Positions 1 through 11,371 of a stretch of DNA of 64,000 nt are shown one piece after another. A program made the position numbers and the translations under genes. The notes below the pieces were generated by a model. The model had not been told where the DNA came from. It ran no database searches and saw only the letters and a list, made by a program, of their open reading frames with translations. This DNA is from Hyaloraphidium curvatum SAG 235-1 (lineage: Eukaryota > Fungi > Monoblepharomycota): assembly GCA_025558095.1 (NCBI GenBank), contig JAIVFI010000026.1, forward strand, positions 186,001 through 250,000, given 5' to 3'. Position 1 is the first letter of the stretch. Each line of letters begins with the position of its first letter.

Positions 1-1
1 C

Positions 2-427
2 TCGCGCGCGTGGGGGGCGATCTCGGCCTGGCCCGTCGACCACGCCGCGTTCCGACACGGCTTCCCGACGTCGCTCTTGGCCTCGGCCGCCCTCCCGAGA
101 TCCGTCAGGCACATTGCCATCGAAGCTCCGCGCTTCGACGCCGGTTCCTCGGCCTTTCCCCGCATCCGTGCGGCGCTCTCGGGCGTGCGCGCGATCGATG
201 TGGTAGTAGAGAAACCGACCGACGGGAGCACGCTGAACGAGACGGAGAAGGAGGAGCGGGCGCTATGGAAGACGATGCTGAACGTAAGGTGGAGGGAGGT
301 GCCGACGGAGTGCGCGCAAGGGCACCACCATCACCATGGGCATCATCACCACGGGCATCATCATCATCAACAGCCGCAGCAGGGGGGGCAGCAGCAGCAG
401 CAGGCGGGGCCTGGGGCGGACGGGTGA
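2..427 (+). CDS. 3' end of a hypothetical protein with a His/Gln-rich C-terminal tail (5' partial)
   Basis: Frame 2 is open from the window edge to TGA at 425-427; it ends GHHHHHGHHHHGHHHHQQPQQGGQQQQQAGPGADG. Confidence 0.6.
   Translation, partial: SRAWGAISAWPVDHAAFRHGFPTSLLASAALPRSVRHIAIEAPRFDAGSSAFPRIRAALSGVRAIDVVVEKPTDGSTLNETEKEERALWKTMLNVRWREVPTECAQGHHHHHGHHHHGHHHHQQPQQGGQQQQQAGPGADG
322..402 (+). repeat. CAC/CAT/CAG trinucleotide low-complexity repeat (poly-His/poly-Gln)
   Basis: Directly visible: caccaccatcaccatgggcatcatcaccac...cagcagcagcagcag. Confidence 0.85.
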
Positions 428-689
428 CGCGGGGCGTGGAGTAGGGCTTGGGGGCTGGTTCTATCAAGAGACGGCACTTGTCTTCACGTTAGCAGAACAG
501 TAGTATGGATCGTATGAGGACGAGTCGAGTTCCTTCTGGTATGGATCCGATTGCTTCGGTTCCTCGAAATGGAGGCGCGGAAGAAAGGGGGCGGCTGCTC
601 TGGCGAATCTTGGGACAAGCCCCAGGTCGGATTCGCGATTCTCCGGTGCATTCTATTCATTCTCCCCGCGCCAGCTCCCCCGCATCCGA

Positions 690-1331
690 TTGGCCGTTGA
701 CGAAGCAGTCCGCCTTGTGCCCTCCGGCCGCGCGTCCGCCGCGTTCCAGCGCGTTTTTCGGGCCACGGCGTCGCTGCTTGATCCGACCGCGGAGGACGAC
801 GTCGACTGGCTGTTCCGCCACGGCGCCGTGCCGCGGGGCCGGGCGGCGGAAGGGGAGGGCGCTCGCGCGGCGCTGGAGATCTTCCGCGCGGGATGAGCAG
901 GTCCCCATCCATCCCCTTTGCGTGCCCCGATGCCTCCCGCGCGCTCTTCCTGCCGCTGATCGAGAACCCCAATCAGTGGTCGGAACACTGCACCTCGATC
1001 CGGCAGCGCACGGGGACCTCCCCGGGGGAAATCCTCCTGGCGGCCTCCGCCAAGCTCTCCGAGGAGGTGGCGCGCTGCGGCTGGTGGACGCCCGAGGGGC
1101 GAGATCGCGCGCGCACGGACATCGAGAGTTCAGGGGATCGTGCTGACCTCGCTGCTGCCCGAGTTGACGGCCGCGGCGAACGTCCCGGTGCCCGAGCGGA
1201 TGACGGCGATGGGGAGCATCCCCGGGGTGCGACAGGTGCGGGGCCGAGGTGGACAGGCTGCTGGGCTGCATTGCTGGTTGCCAGAAGGCGGCGTGGCCGA
1301 CCACAGGGCGGTCTGCAGCGAGTGGTCGTGA
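690..1331 (+). pseudogene. Degenerate MYND-finger family gene (paralog of 17505-18690 and 18975-19379)
   Basis: Shares HGAVPRGRA...ALEIFRAG, IENPNQW...WWTPE and MGSIP-CDRCGAE..CQKAAW.DH..VC.EWS with the paralogs. It has TGA at 894-896 where a paralog has Trp, several frameshifts, and a deletion in the CxxC-YC part of the finger. Confidence 0.8.
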
Positions 1332-1499
1332 TGGGGTCGCGGACAATGCCCTGTCGGATTCGGGAGCAATCGTACCTGAAGAACGAGAATCTATTCGTGA
1401 ACTGGGTTTCCCGGCTCCGACAGTTCCCTCGAACTCGCAGTCCCAAAGCCGGTCTAAATTCGCTTGCTCACCAGCAGGGGTTGGATCCCAGCCGGTGCA

Positions 1500-4400
1500 T
1501 CACGGAGGCGAAAACCCGGCCACCGAAAGGTTGTAGCTGAAGATGGCCCCCCACTCGACCTCTTGCCGCACTACCGTCCCGCTGCTCAAGGCAATATCCG
1601 CCATGTAGCGAGCCGCCGCCCCGTACAGCACCCCGCCCGGCCCCTGCATAAGGGCGACCCTGGGCTCCCACGCCTCGTCTTTCCGGAAGTTATGCAGGAT
1701 GGTGACGCTTCCGGCCGTCGTGACGCGGAACAAGAAACCCCCGTTGTTCGCCCCGCCGATCTGCGAAACCCCGTACAGCGCCCCATCCCAGCCGACGGTG
1801 AGCTGCACCGGCACGCTGGCGGCTTGGACGTTCGTGGCGATGATGGCCACCTTCGACACGTGACCGGAACCGATGTCGTACTTCCAGACGACGACTTCGT
1901 TGAGGAATTCGTACGACCCATCCCCGTATTGGAAGATGCGCCATATGCCGGTTCCGTAGAGGGCGCAATCCGGCCCGGACACGATGCCGCCGTCGCTGTA
2001 CGGCCAAAAGCCGTTATATGGGTTGTCGCGGAACTCGTGCAGCACAGAAAATACCCCGCTGGGAGTTAGACGGAATAGAAGCATGATGGAGCGGTCGCTT
2101 TTCGTCAGCCCATAGAGGCTATCGTCCCCAGAGCATCCCTGCACGACCCAGATCGGATTGCCCGCAGTCGAGGCATCATAGTTCAGGTTGAAGCCGAGGT
2201 TGGAGAAAACACCCGCCACCGAGAGACGGTACACGAACCCGCGTTCGTCCGAGGTGGACTGGTCCCTGCCCGAGACCCCGAAGATGTCCCCGTTCCTGGC
2301 CCGAACGAGCGGCGGGTACGTCCCATCGAAGGGCCACATCGGCTGCACCGCCTCGATGGCACCGGCATCGGCACGGAACCGGTACAGGGTGCCCCCGTTG
2401 TTGGCGGAACCCGAGAGGGTGCGGCCGAAGAAGGTCCCGTTCCCGACATGCAGCAGGCCCGCCTTGGACTTGTCAAGCACCGGCGAGCCCGCCCCGTTGT
2501 AAGACCCAAAGTAGGCGAAACGGGCAAAGGAGCCGCCCCAGCGGTCGAGCCGGAAGATGGAGCCGAATCCGTAGGCGCCAGACCCCAGGTAGACTGGTGC
2601 GCCGCCCGAGAGGGTGCCGTAGAGCAGGCCATCGTGTCCCAGGGTCAGCGCAGACGGATCGTAAGCGCTGCTGTCCAAGCGGCGGATAATGGAGAATGGA
2701 TGGGGCGTGGCAGTCGCCTGAAGGGGGAGCGGAGGGAGAGTTTAGGCTGGATGATCATGTGGACGGGAGCGGATCCCACCGTCCGGGTGAGCGATCTGGT
2801 GCGTGTTCTGGAGCTCGTGGTCTTTGCAGTCGCGGATGACGTCCCCGATATTGCAGAAGTAGTCGAGCGGGTCCGAGATGTTGCAGAGGGGGGAATTTCA
2901 AAGTAGATGCACCACGACGACAGGGTGCCGGTGTCGGAAATCTCGAAATCCGAGAGGTTCAGCCGCCAATACGCGGCAACTGCAGTGAGTCCACGGAACG
3001 TCGATAGGGACTGGGCCGGCCGGGCGGTCGCGGCCGGATTGCAGGTGAAGGGCGCGGGGGCGGAGTCGTCAAAGCGGGTGGAGTATGTGCGCAAGCTGAC
3101 GCAAGATTCGCGGAGCCGGTCGAAGAGGGCGATCTTGACCTGGGAATCAAACACCCCGGGGGAGAAGGACGGTGCCAACCTCGTCAGCTCGCCGGCCACG
3201 TCGCCGGGGTAGGTGTGGTTCCAGAACACCTGCACGTCGACGTCCGAGATCGCGCCCAGGCCGAAAGGAACCCATATCTCGCTCAGGGCCGTGCCCAAGT
3301 CGGGGATAGTCGCGCGGGGAGTGGCGCAGAAGGTTTCGAGACGGGGTGCCGTTTTCGATTGCTGACCACGGTCAATCGGTTAGCTCTTTCCCCGAGAGCC
3401 TGGCCAGCCACCCACCATAGATGCCGTGCGGGACCCGGTTCTGGTGACGCTGGTGGTTCGGCTCCTCGTGAAGGTGGGCGTTGCAACGGTCCCCACGGCG
3501 ACGCTGGAGCCCGCCATGCGCGTCGTCGAGCCCGCCGCGGGGCCGAGATCAAAGTAGATGCACCACGACGACAGGATGCCGGCGTCGGGACTCTCGAAAT
3601 CCGAGAGGTTCAGCCGCCAGTAGGCGGCGCCTGCAGTGAGTCCACGGAACGTCGATAGGGACTGGGCCGGCCGGACGGTCGCGGTCGGATCGCAGGTAAA
3701 GGTATCGGGGGCGGAGTCGTCAAAGCGGGTGGAGTATGTCCGGAAGCTGACGCAAGATTCGCAGAGCCGGTCGAAGAGGGCGATCTTGACCTGGGAATCA
3801 AACACCCCGGGGGAGAAGGACGGTGCCAACCTCGTCAGCTCGCCGGCCACGTCGCCGGGGTAGGTGTGGTTCCAGAACACCTGCACGTCGACGTCCGAGA
3901 TAGCGCCCAGGCCGAAAGGAACCCATATCTCGCTCAGGGCCGTGCCCAAGTCGGGGATGGTCGCGCGGGGAGTGGCGCAGAAGGTTTCGAGACGGGGTGC
4001 CGTCGTCGAGGTCTTGATTGTGGTTCATCAGCTTATTCCGACGTGAGCCTGGACGGGAACTCACCTTGAACGTCGAGCGCGCGCTGGTTTTGAGCAAACT
4101 GGTGGGTTTGCCGCTCGTGGAGCTGGTCGGCGGGATGGTTCGCGTGGAGCTCCTTGCCGGTGCCGCGGAGCTCGGGGTTCGCGTCTTGGTGGCTGTGGTA
4201 GAGCCGGTCGGCGAGGTTGTAGCCGAAACAAGGTCGACGAAGATGCACCACGATGACAGTGTGCCCTCATATACCCAAAGCCAGTCCGATAGGGACAGCC
4301 GCCACGTCCCACCGGCCGGCAACCCGCGGAACGCCGACAAGGCCTCGGCGGGCCGAGCCGTCGCGGCCGGATCGCAGGTGAAGGGTCCCGGGGCCGAGTC

Positions 4401-5605
4401 GTCAAAGCGAGTAGAATAGGAGCGGAACTCACCGCAAGCGCTGACCTGGCCAAAGAGGGTTATGTTGCGGCCGTCTGCAACTCTCGCAAGAGCCCCCGTC
4501 ACGTCGTAAGGGTAGGTGTGGTTCCAGAACACCTGCACATCTACGTCCGAGACGAGGCCGATACCAGGCGGGACGACGATGTCGCTAGTGACGGTGCTCT
4601 TGTCGGCAATGGCAGCGTTGGGGGTTGCGCAGTAGGTGCCAAGGCGAGTGGAGGTGGCAGAAGTCTGGTCCGGGTCAGCCGCAAAGAACGAAGAACGAAT
4701 CGCACGAACGCCAGACGGAGAACCCACCGAAGAAGTCGTGCGCGTGCCGGTTTTGGCCAAGCTGTTGGTGTTGCTCCTCGTCGAGGTCGCCGGCGAGGCG
4801 CTCCGCGTTCGACTCGTCGTCTTCGAGGTTGCGCTCGGCGTCCGACTCCGCGAGGAGCTTGTTGTCCACTTCGAGCCGGAAGTCGTTTTCGGGGTTGCGG
4901 TTGCCGACCGCGTGCTGGTCAGGCACTGGCAGGCCACGATCGGGTCGAACGCGGGGCATGGGGCCGTGACCGTGGCCGTCACGGTGCGGACCACGGTCAC
5001 CGTCGGCGCAACCTGCAAGTTGGTTGAATGGGGTGAGAAGTCTGTCGGGGCCTCTCTGCCTGGTATACCACCCACATTATTGGCAGCGAGGCGGACACGC
5101 GTCGTGACCACGATTGTACGCGTTTCCGTGACGGTTTCCGCAGGCAGCAGCGGGCAGCAGGCGGCCGCGTCTTCCCCGGGCGCGGCGGCGGCGAGAATTG
5201 TGGCCGACGGCGGGCATCGAGGGCACTCGTCGCGGCGGACGGCGCCGCCGGCGACTTCCGCACGGTCCGCATCGCGGGCGACCAGACCGGCGCCGGCCGT
5301 GCGCGTTACGGTGACGGTTCGCGTCCGACGCAGCGGGGGGCAGCAGCAGCCCGATGCCGCCGTCCTTGCGCGTCGCGTCAGCCGCGCACCACGTCCACTC
5401 ACCCGCATGCAGGTCCAGCAACCCACTGTGCGGCATGGGCGACGCCAATCGCGAGGAAGAAGAGGGCGATCAGTGCAGCGGCGGCCCCCGTCGGCCCGAA
5501 CAACCGGCGCGGCCCCCGCTCGCTCCTCCGCCCGCGTCCCGGGCCACGGGATCCCGCGGGGGGTCTTCCACTGCCGCGATCTCCCTTCGGAATCGTCCCG
5601 GGCAT
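1500..5605 (-). CDS. Secreted/surface modular protein copy A: signal/anchor, Cys/Thr module, 3 proprotein-convertase P-domain-like repeats with S/T linkers, C-terminal GloVer-like (LYGT) beta-propeller; 7 exons
   Basis: Hydrophobic AAAALIALFFLAIGVAHA; three SDVDVQVFWNHTYPxDV...TRFDDSAP...WRL..D...GTLSSWC modules; repeats LTLGHDGLLYGT, LTVGWDGALYGVS, LMQGPGGVLYGAA; canonical introns such as 4013-4064 and 5013-5075 join the frames. Confidence 0.85.
2900..4003 (-). repeat. Recent internal tandem duplication of a P-domain exon (period 651 bp)
   Basis: ~2900-3352 and ~3551-4003 are nearly identical, e.g. gatcttgacctgggaatcaaacaccccggggg at 3131 and 3782. Confidence 0.9.
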
Positions 5606-5844
5606 GAGCGTGCCGTGTGCTGATCGTGGAATGACTGCCGGTCGCCGATCGGGAAGTCCCTGCGCACGGGCACCAGGGACCTGGACCAGTGACGATGACC
5701 GATCCATCGCCGAACGCTGACGTCCGGACCCAAAAATACACTCGCATCCCTGCTTTCATTGCTCATCATGATCGCTGTGCATTGTTCTGTGGTATCCATG
5801 CAATCAGCGGGCGGAAATCGGACGAAGTTTCTGCCGATCTGTCG

Positions 5845-5864
5845 AGTCAGTCAGTCAATCAAAA
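5845..5864 (-). promoter_or_regulatory. Conserved upstream motif TTTTGATTGACTGACTGACT of copy A
   Basis: Reverse complement matches 11136-11169 upstream of copy B; both lie ~200-260 bp before the ATG. Confidence 0.55.
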
Positions 5865-6274
5865 CAATCGAGACGAGGGCGTCCAGAAATCGAAGATCGA
5901 CGCGGGCGGAGTCAGAGCGCCTTCGTGCGGCTGGCGGCCCGACGCCATCGTGAAGGAGTGGCGAGCGGCCCTCGCGGAAGCGGAGGCAAGGGAGTGGTCG
6001 TGATGGCCGGCGCCTAAACAACCCAGCTGGCACCACGCGACGTCGATTCAGTACGCGTGGCATGTTTTCCGACAGTTCAGCCGTCCCTCCGCTGAGTCGT
6101 CTACTCCATGCGTTTCGAGGTGCATGGCTGGTCGAACTGCGGGTCATCGGCAGACGATCCAGACCACGAGCCGAACTGACCGCCTCCAGCCGCCACCCCC
6201 CAAAGATTAGGCATCGCGGGCCGGCGCTCCGCGGCGCCCAGAGGCGGAGCAGGCAGCGAGCCTTGACCACCGAA

Positions 6275-7447
6275 ATGGCCTTCGCGGCGGGCAGCCGCGG
6301 GCCGCCGCCCCCCCCGCCTCGGCGTCCTCCGCTCCCCTCCCTCCTGCTTGCCCTCGCCCTCCTCATCGCGCTCCTGCTGCCCCCCAGCCGCGCCGCCACG
6401 CTTGACCCTCCTCCCCCGGCCCTCCCCCCGCGCTTCCGCTCCCCGCTGTGCCCGGCGCCCCTCTGCCTCCCCGCCTACGAGGCCCTCCACGCCGCCGCCC
6501 GCTCCTCCCCCTCGGCCCCGCTGCTCGTCCTCACGCAGACCGGCGGCTGGGGCAACCTGTACCTCGACCTCGCGCACGCCTTCGCCGCCGCCGTGGCCCA
6601 CGACAGGGCGTTCGTCCTCCGCATGGCCGGCCACGGGGCCGACGCCGTGGAGCCCGCGGGGAACGTGGACTGGCGCGGCGAGGGGTGGCAGCTGCCGGAC
6701 CCGCTCCCGCAGCCGGAGGTGCTGCACATGGATCGGGTGAACCGTTCGGAGAGGGTGTGGAGCGTGCGCGGGGTGGCCTCGCACACGGTGCCGGTATCGG
6801 CGTGGGACGCGGAGCTGCGGGCGCGCCTGGTCGAGCGCGGGCTGGATCCAGCGCGCGTGCCGGAGCAGTGCATGGTCGAGTACCTCGTGCAGCCGGCGGC
6901 GGAGCTGGTGGGGATGGTCGAGGGGTTCCTGCCGCAGCTGGCGCCCAACGGGGGGGACTATGCCGCGGTGCACGTGCGGACGGGGTCGGGGGAGGGTTCC
7001 GAATCGGGGTGGAATTGGTTCGTGTCACCCGCCGAAGCTGTCGCCACGATGCCGGGCTACATCTCCCGCGCGGTGGCCGATGTTGGGCTGCCCCCGTCGG
7101 CCAAGATCTTCGTCGCCGCGGACGACCCATCCGTGGGCGCCGGCCTCCGCGCCGCCTTCCCCGGTCGCGCGGTGGTCACCAACACCAAGCTCACGCTAAT
7201 GGATGGCCTGCACACGTCGCGGGGGGCGATGTCGCGGGAGGGCACCATGCTCGCGTTCGCGGACTGGTTCCTGCTGCTGGGGAGCAGGGTGATGGTGCAG
7301 GCGACCAAGTCGAGCTTTTCGACTTCGGTCGCGGTGCACCAGGGGAGGAACTGCACGCGGTTGGGGGGGATACGGAACACGCTCAACGGGACGGCGGACG
7401 TGAGGAGCTGTGTTCGGAGGTCGGAAGCCGCGGGGCGTCTCGCGTAG
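6275..7447 (+). CDS. Type II membrane fucosyltransferase-like glycosyltransferase (GT11/GT23/GT37/POFUT-type motifs)
   Basis: N-terminal TM; GGWGN; motif I AVHVRTG; motif II KIFVAADD; motif III AFADWFLL...SSFS; intronless. Confidence 0.75.
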   Translation: MAFAAGSRGPPPPPPRRPPLPSLLLALALLIALLLPPSRAATLDPPPPALPPRFRSPLCPAPLCLPAYEALHAAARSSPSAPLLVLTQTGGWGNLYLDLAHAFAAAVAHDRAFVLRMAGHGADAVEPAGNVDWRGEGWQLPDPLPQPEVLHMDRVNRSERVWSVRGVASHTVPVSAWDAELRARLVERGLDPARVPEQCMVEYLVQPAAELVGMVEGFLPQLAPNGGDYAAVHVRTGSGEGSESGWNWFVSPAEAVATMPGYISRAVADVGLPPSAKIFVAADDPSVGAGLRAAFPGRAVVTNTKLTLMDGLHTSRGAMSREGTMLAFADWFLLLGSRVMVQATKSSFSTSVAVHQGRNCTRLGGIRNTLNGTADVRSCVRRSEAAGRLA

Positions 7448-10400
7448 CAGAGCAAACGCTCGTTCGGATTGCTACGTTTGTAATCGTCAATGACAATGAC
7501 CTCCGGCGGCGTGGGACCCTGGTTGGCGCTCCTCCCGTCCTCTCTTGCATCTTTTTCTGTCCAACGTCCTGCCTCGTACCGGCGATCCCCTCCGTTGGGG
7601 CTGCAGCCGTTCCGACCTCCCGCTCCTTGGCAACCAGCCACTCCAGACGCCTCACCGCGGCCGACCACCTGGCGTGCTTGCCCGCCGCCGCGTCGTGCTC
7701 CGGATGCAGTTTCGTCACGGCCAGCTCGAACTTGCTCCCCGCCTTGAACTCCGCCACACGCAGCGACGGCCCCAGCCGGTGCAGCGCCGAGACCACGGGG
7801 GACATCGAGCGCCTGTACGAGAAGGTCCTCGAGGTCCCCGCCGCATCATCGGAGAGGAAAGCGGCGACGTCGTGCGGGAGGCTGCCCCGCGCGGCCCCGG
7901 CGGCCTCGCGCAGGGCCGGCCAGCCGGCCGGCTTTGGGCCGGGGTCCAGGAAGGAGCCCCCCGCGGCGCGGAGAAGCCGCAGGATGTGCGCGGCCGCGCG
8001 CTCCCTCTCGGGAAATGCTTCACAAGCGCGACGGCGGCGGCGGAGCGGAAGACGACATCCGTGCCGGAAGCCCAGAGCGCCAGCGACGCCTCGAGCCTGT
8101 CCGCCAGGACGGTGCCGTACCATTGCCCGCGGGCGAGTGCCGCGATCGCGCCGTCCCTGTCCGCTGCGATCCATTGCGAAACGCAGGCGTCTGCAAACTC
8201 GGCGGCGTCGGGGTCCTTCTCGCACGCCTCCAGCAGCTGCGTCAGACCGCCGGAGGCGCTGAAGCTGTCGCCGTAGAAGCCGATGACCCTTGAGCGGGGC
8301 GCGGTGCATTTTGCCCGCAGCGCCGGCCGCAGCTCGGTCCTCCAGAGGTCGAAGCGCAGGAAGATCTCGCGGAGGTTCCGGCAGCGCTCCAGCAGCTCGC
8401 CCCTCTTGCCGTCCAGTACCGCGCCGGCCACCTTTTTCAGCTCCTCGTCTGTCTCTGCCAGCTTCGCCAGGTATGCCACCGTCGCGACGAGTTCGTCCTT
8501 GGCCGCCTTGCCCCCCGCAGCCGCCGCTTGCGGCGCGGGGCGGCCGACCGAGGTGCTCGGCTGGTACCCGACCCGACCGCCCGATGGCACGCCTTTGGCC
8601 ACCGAGGCCCCCAGCCCTGCGCACGCAACCTCGAGCACCTGCGGGCGGCCCCGCGGCGATCGCCTTGCGCGCGATCGCGGCCAGCCTGTCCAGCTCCGTC
8701 CTCGCGGCGAGCACCCCGCACACCGCCTTCTGGATCTCCCCCCTCGGCCCCGCCGAACCTCCCTCGTTCTTGCACGGATCCAGCGCCAGTACGTCCAGCA
8801 GCACCACCGACTCCCCCTTGCCCGGCGCCCTGGCGCACACCGCCGCCGCGACGGCATCCCACCCCAGCAGCTCCAGCACCTTTGGCTCCGTCCCGATCCT
8901 CCTGGCCAGCGCCGCGGATCCCCGCCGCAGCATCTCCCCCGCCGCCGCGCGCGCGGCCTCGTGGGGGACGGCGAGCAGCGCCTCGGCCGCCGCGTCGGAG
9001 GGTAGCTTGGCGGCGCCGGCGGCCAGCGCCGCCGTCAGCAGGTCCAAAGCTTCCCCCTTGGCGGGGTTGTCGGGTGCGGCTTTGCGGAATAGCTCCATGG
9101 CGTGCGAAAGCAGCTTGGCCGGTACGCCGGCGCAGGCCTTGGCGGTCGATCGGGGGTCCGAGGGGTACAGGACGAGGGCCGTGTTGCGGTACTGGTACTC
9201 GATATGGGGATCGGGAGATCAGTGGAAGTTGGTGCATGGGAGGGTGGGCACCCACGTCGGTCCCTTCGTTCCCCGTAAAGTCCTCGTTCTCCTTGTCCGG
9301 CGACTCCCTGTCCCCGAAGAACGTGGCGTCCCCGCCGGCCATCTGGTCTGCCGCAAACTTGCACGCCGTCCCGCAGAGCACGGCGGGAGCCACCCCCTTG
9401 AGCGCTGCCCGCACCGTCGCCGTCCTGTCCAGGTACGCCTCGCCCCAGCACATGCCGCAGTTTCCGTAGTAGTCGTCCCCGTGGCCGGACGCGACCATGC
9501 TGATCTCGGCGGCGGCGACGTCGAAGCCCGCAGCGGGGTCGGAGAGCAGCCGTCACGCCGCGGCGTCCTTGCCCTTGAGCGCCGCCGCGCCCAGGTGGCC
9601 GAACGAGGCGGCCGAGTACTCGTGCTCCAGGGGGACGAGCAGACAGGCGTGCTTGCCCCTCTCAGCCATGGAACGGGCGATGCAGGAGAGCGAGGTCACG
9701 GCGGCGTCGTGCGTGGGGCCCGCGGGAGCCGAGGGCACGGCGCCCGCGCCGCGGCGGACGAGATTGTACACCAGCACGAGCCTGCGTCCGGATTCCAGGA
9801 GCTCGACCTCGTGCGTGCAGTCGGCGAAGAACCCGAACCCGGACGGGCGGAGGGCGCGCACGGGGTCCGCGACGCGGAAGCGCTTGGTCGTGCCGTTGTG
9901 CGTTCCGACGAGTGCACCGCCGCGCTGCTCCTCGGCGCAGGGCAGCTGCACCACCAGGGTGGCGAACATGCCGGGGGCTTTTTCGGAGTCGCGGTGCGGC
10001 CGGAAGAAGGAGCCGGGCTCGTATAGGATGAGCCGCCAGAGCTGGGCTTCCACTAGAACGTTCGAGTTCACACCTAGCGCGTCGGCCAGGGCTCGGGCCG
10101 ACACCTGGATCGCGGCGTCCCACTCGGGGTTCAGGATCCGCTGCACTGCCGGTGGCGCCTCCAGACTCGTCCTGACCGCAGGGTCCAGCAGCGTCTCGGT
10201 GCCCTTGCCGAATTTGCTGGCGGAGAGGTGCGGCCGCGGCAGCGCATCGGCGGCAAAGGGCACCAGCGGCAGCGGCAGCACGCCGAGCCCGTCGACCGAA
10301 ATGACCGGTGGGAAAGCAGGAACATCGACCTGGGCGGCGAAGGAGGCGTGGCTCGCGGCCGCCTTGAGGATGCGTGCGAGCGCCGCGACCGGAGCCGGGT

Positions 10401-10719
10401 GCGTCCCCTGGCCCGGCTCCTCCTCGTCGCCGTCAAAGTCGTCGAATCCGCCGACCTCGCGCGCCCATTCCTCCTCCTCGGCGATCGCAGTCTCCATTTT
10501 GGGCCTCTTGGCCGGCCTCTCGCCGTCGGAGCGTCGGGACGGCGGTCCCCCCCGGACGACGGGGTTCCCGGTCGCGGGCGGCACGTCGGCGGGGTTCAGA
10601 CGCCGTTCGGAGAAATCGCCGGTGGCGAGCATTGTGATAGACGCGTCGGCGGACGGGCGGAGTGGGTTTCGGGGCAGGCGAGTCTGGCGAAGGTTCGAAG
10701 GCGGCCATCGGACCGGCAC
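7383..10719 (-). pseudogene. Large 2OG-Fe(II) oxygenase-superfamily gene, disrupted
   Basis: LYEPGSFFRPHRDSEKAPGMFATLVVQLP...FFADCTHEV..RLVLVYNL, LEHEYS..LKGKD and FTGNEG motifs. It has an in-frame TGA at 9553-9555, an apparently mutated acceptor near 9203, and compensating frameshifts near 8645 and 8010. Confidence 0.7.
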
Positions 10720-11135
10720 CCGGTGAAAACCTGGTTGTAGCCCCTCGCGAAATTCTTCCTTATATCAACCCCATGAGCGCGCGAGGCCGATTTCGTTATG
10801 CCTGTTTCGATCTGGCCGTGCCGAAGCCTGGGCACGAAGACGTATCGTCCAGAGGTTGGAGCGTCGCCGGAAGTCAGTTTGATTGACATTAGAACATGCG
10901 AACACGCTGAATCCGAAGAGAACGTCCTCTCCTGATTGCCGATTCCGGGGCAAAGGGCCGATCGCGGGAGCTGTGGCTGTGGCGGGCGGTGCCGTCGAGT
11001 TCCTCGCCACGAGGCCCTCGGCCAAAATACCAACGGAATCGAGGTGCACATCAATTCATGAGTTGCCGTTTGGTGCCATCGGCGACGATTCCGAGTTTTC
11101 CCCTCAGCACGGACGTTTGAAGATAGGCTTTCCTC

Positions 11136-11169
11136 GATTGACTGACTGACAGATTTTGATTGACTGACT
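11136..11169 (+). promoter_or_regulatory. Duplicated GATTGACTGAC(T) motif upstream of copy B
   Basis: gattgactgactgac agattttgattgactgact matches the motif upstream of copy A. Confidence 0.55.
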
Positions 11170-11371
11170 TTCCTGGACCTGAAGTCGGTGCATCCTTCGC
11201 CGCGATCTATGCATGGATGGAGTGAAATGTCACAGCGAAATCATAAATGGATGCGCTGGAAGCGTATCGAAGGGCACTTGGTCTCCGGTAGCAACCTCGT
11301 CCCGCTTGCGGCCCAGCCAGGACTTTTCAGGCTGTCGGCCGCGCTCGAGGGGTGCCGACCGTCAGCACACG

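Noticed and set aside
2900-4003. Diversity-generating retroelement (TR/VR pair) as the explanation for the near-identical P-domain repeats
   Set aside because: Differences are not adenine-specific, both copies are coding exons, and no reverse transcriptase is in the window.
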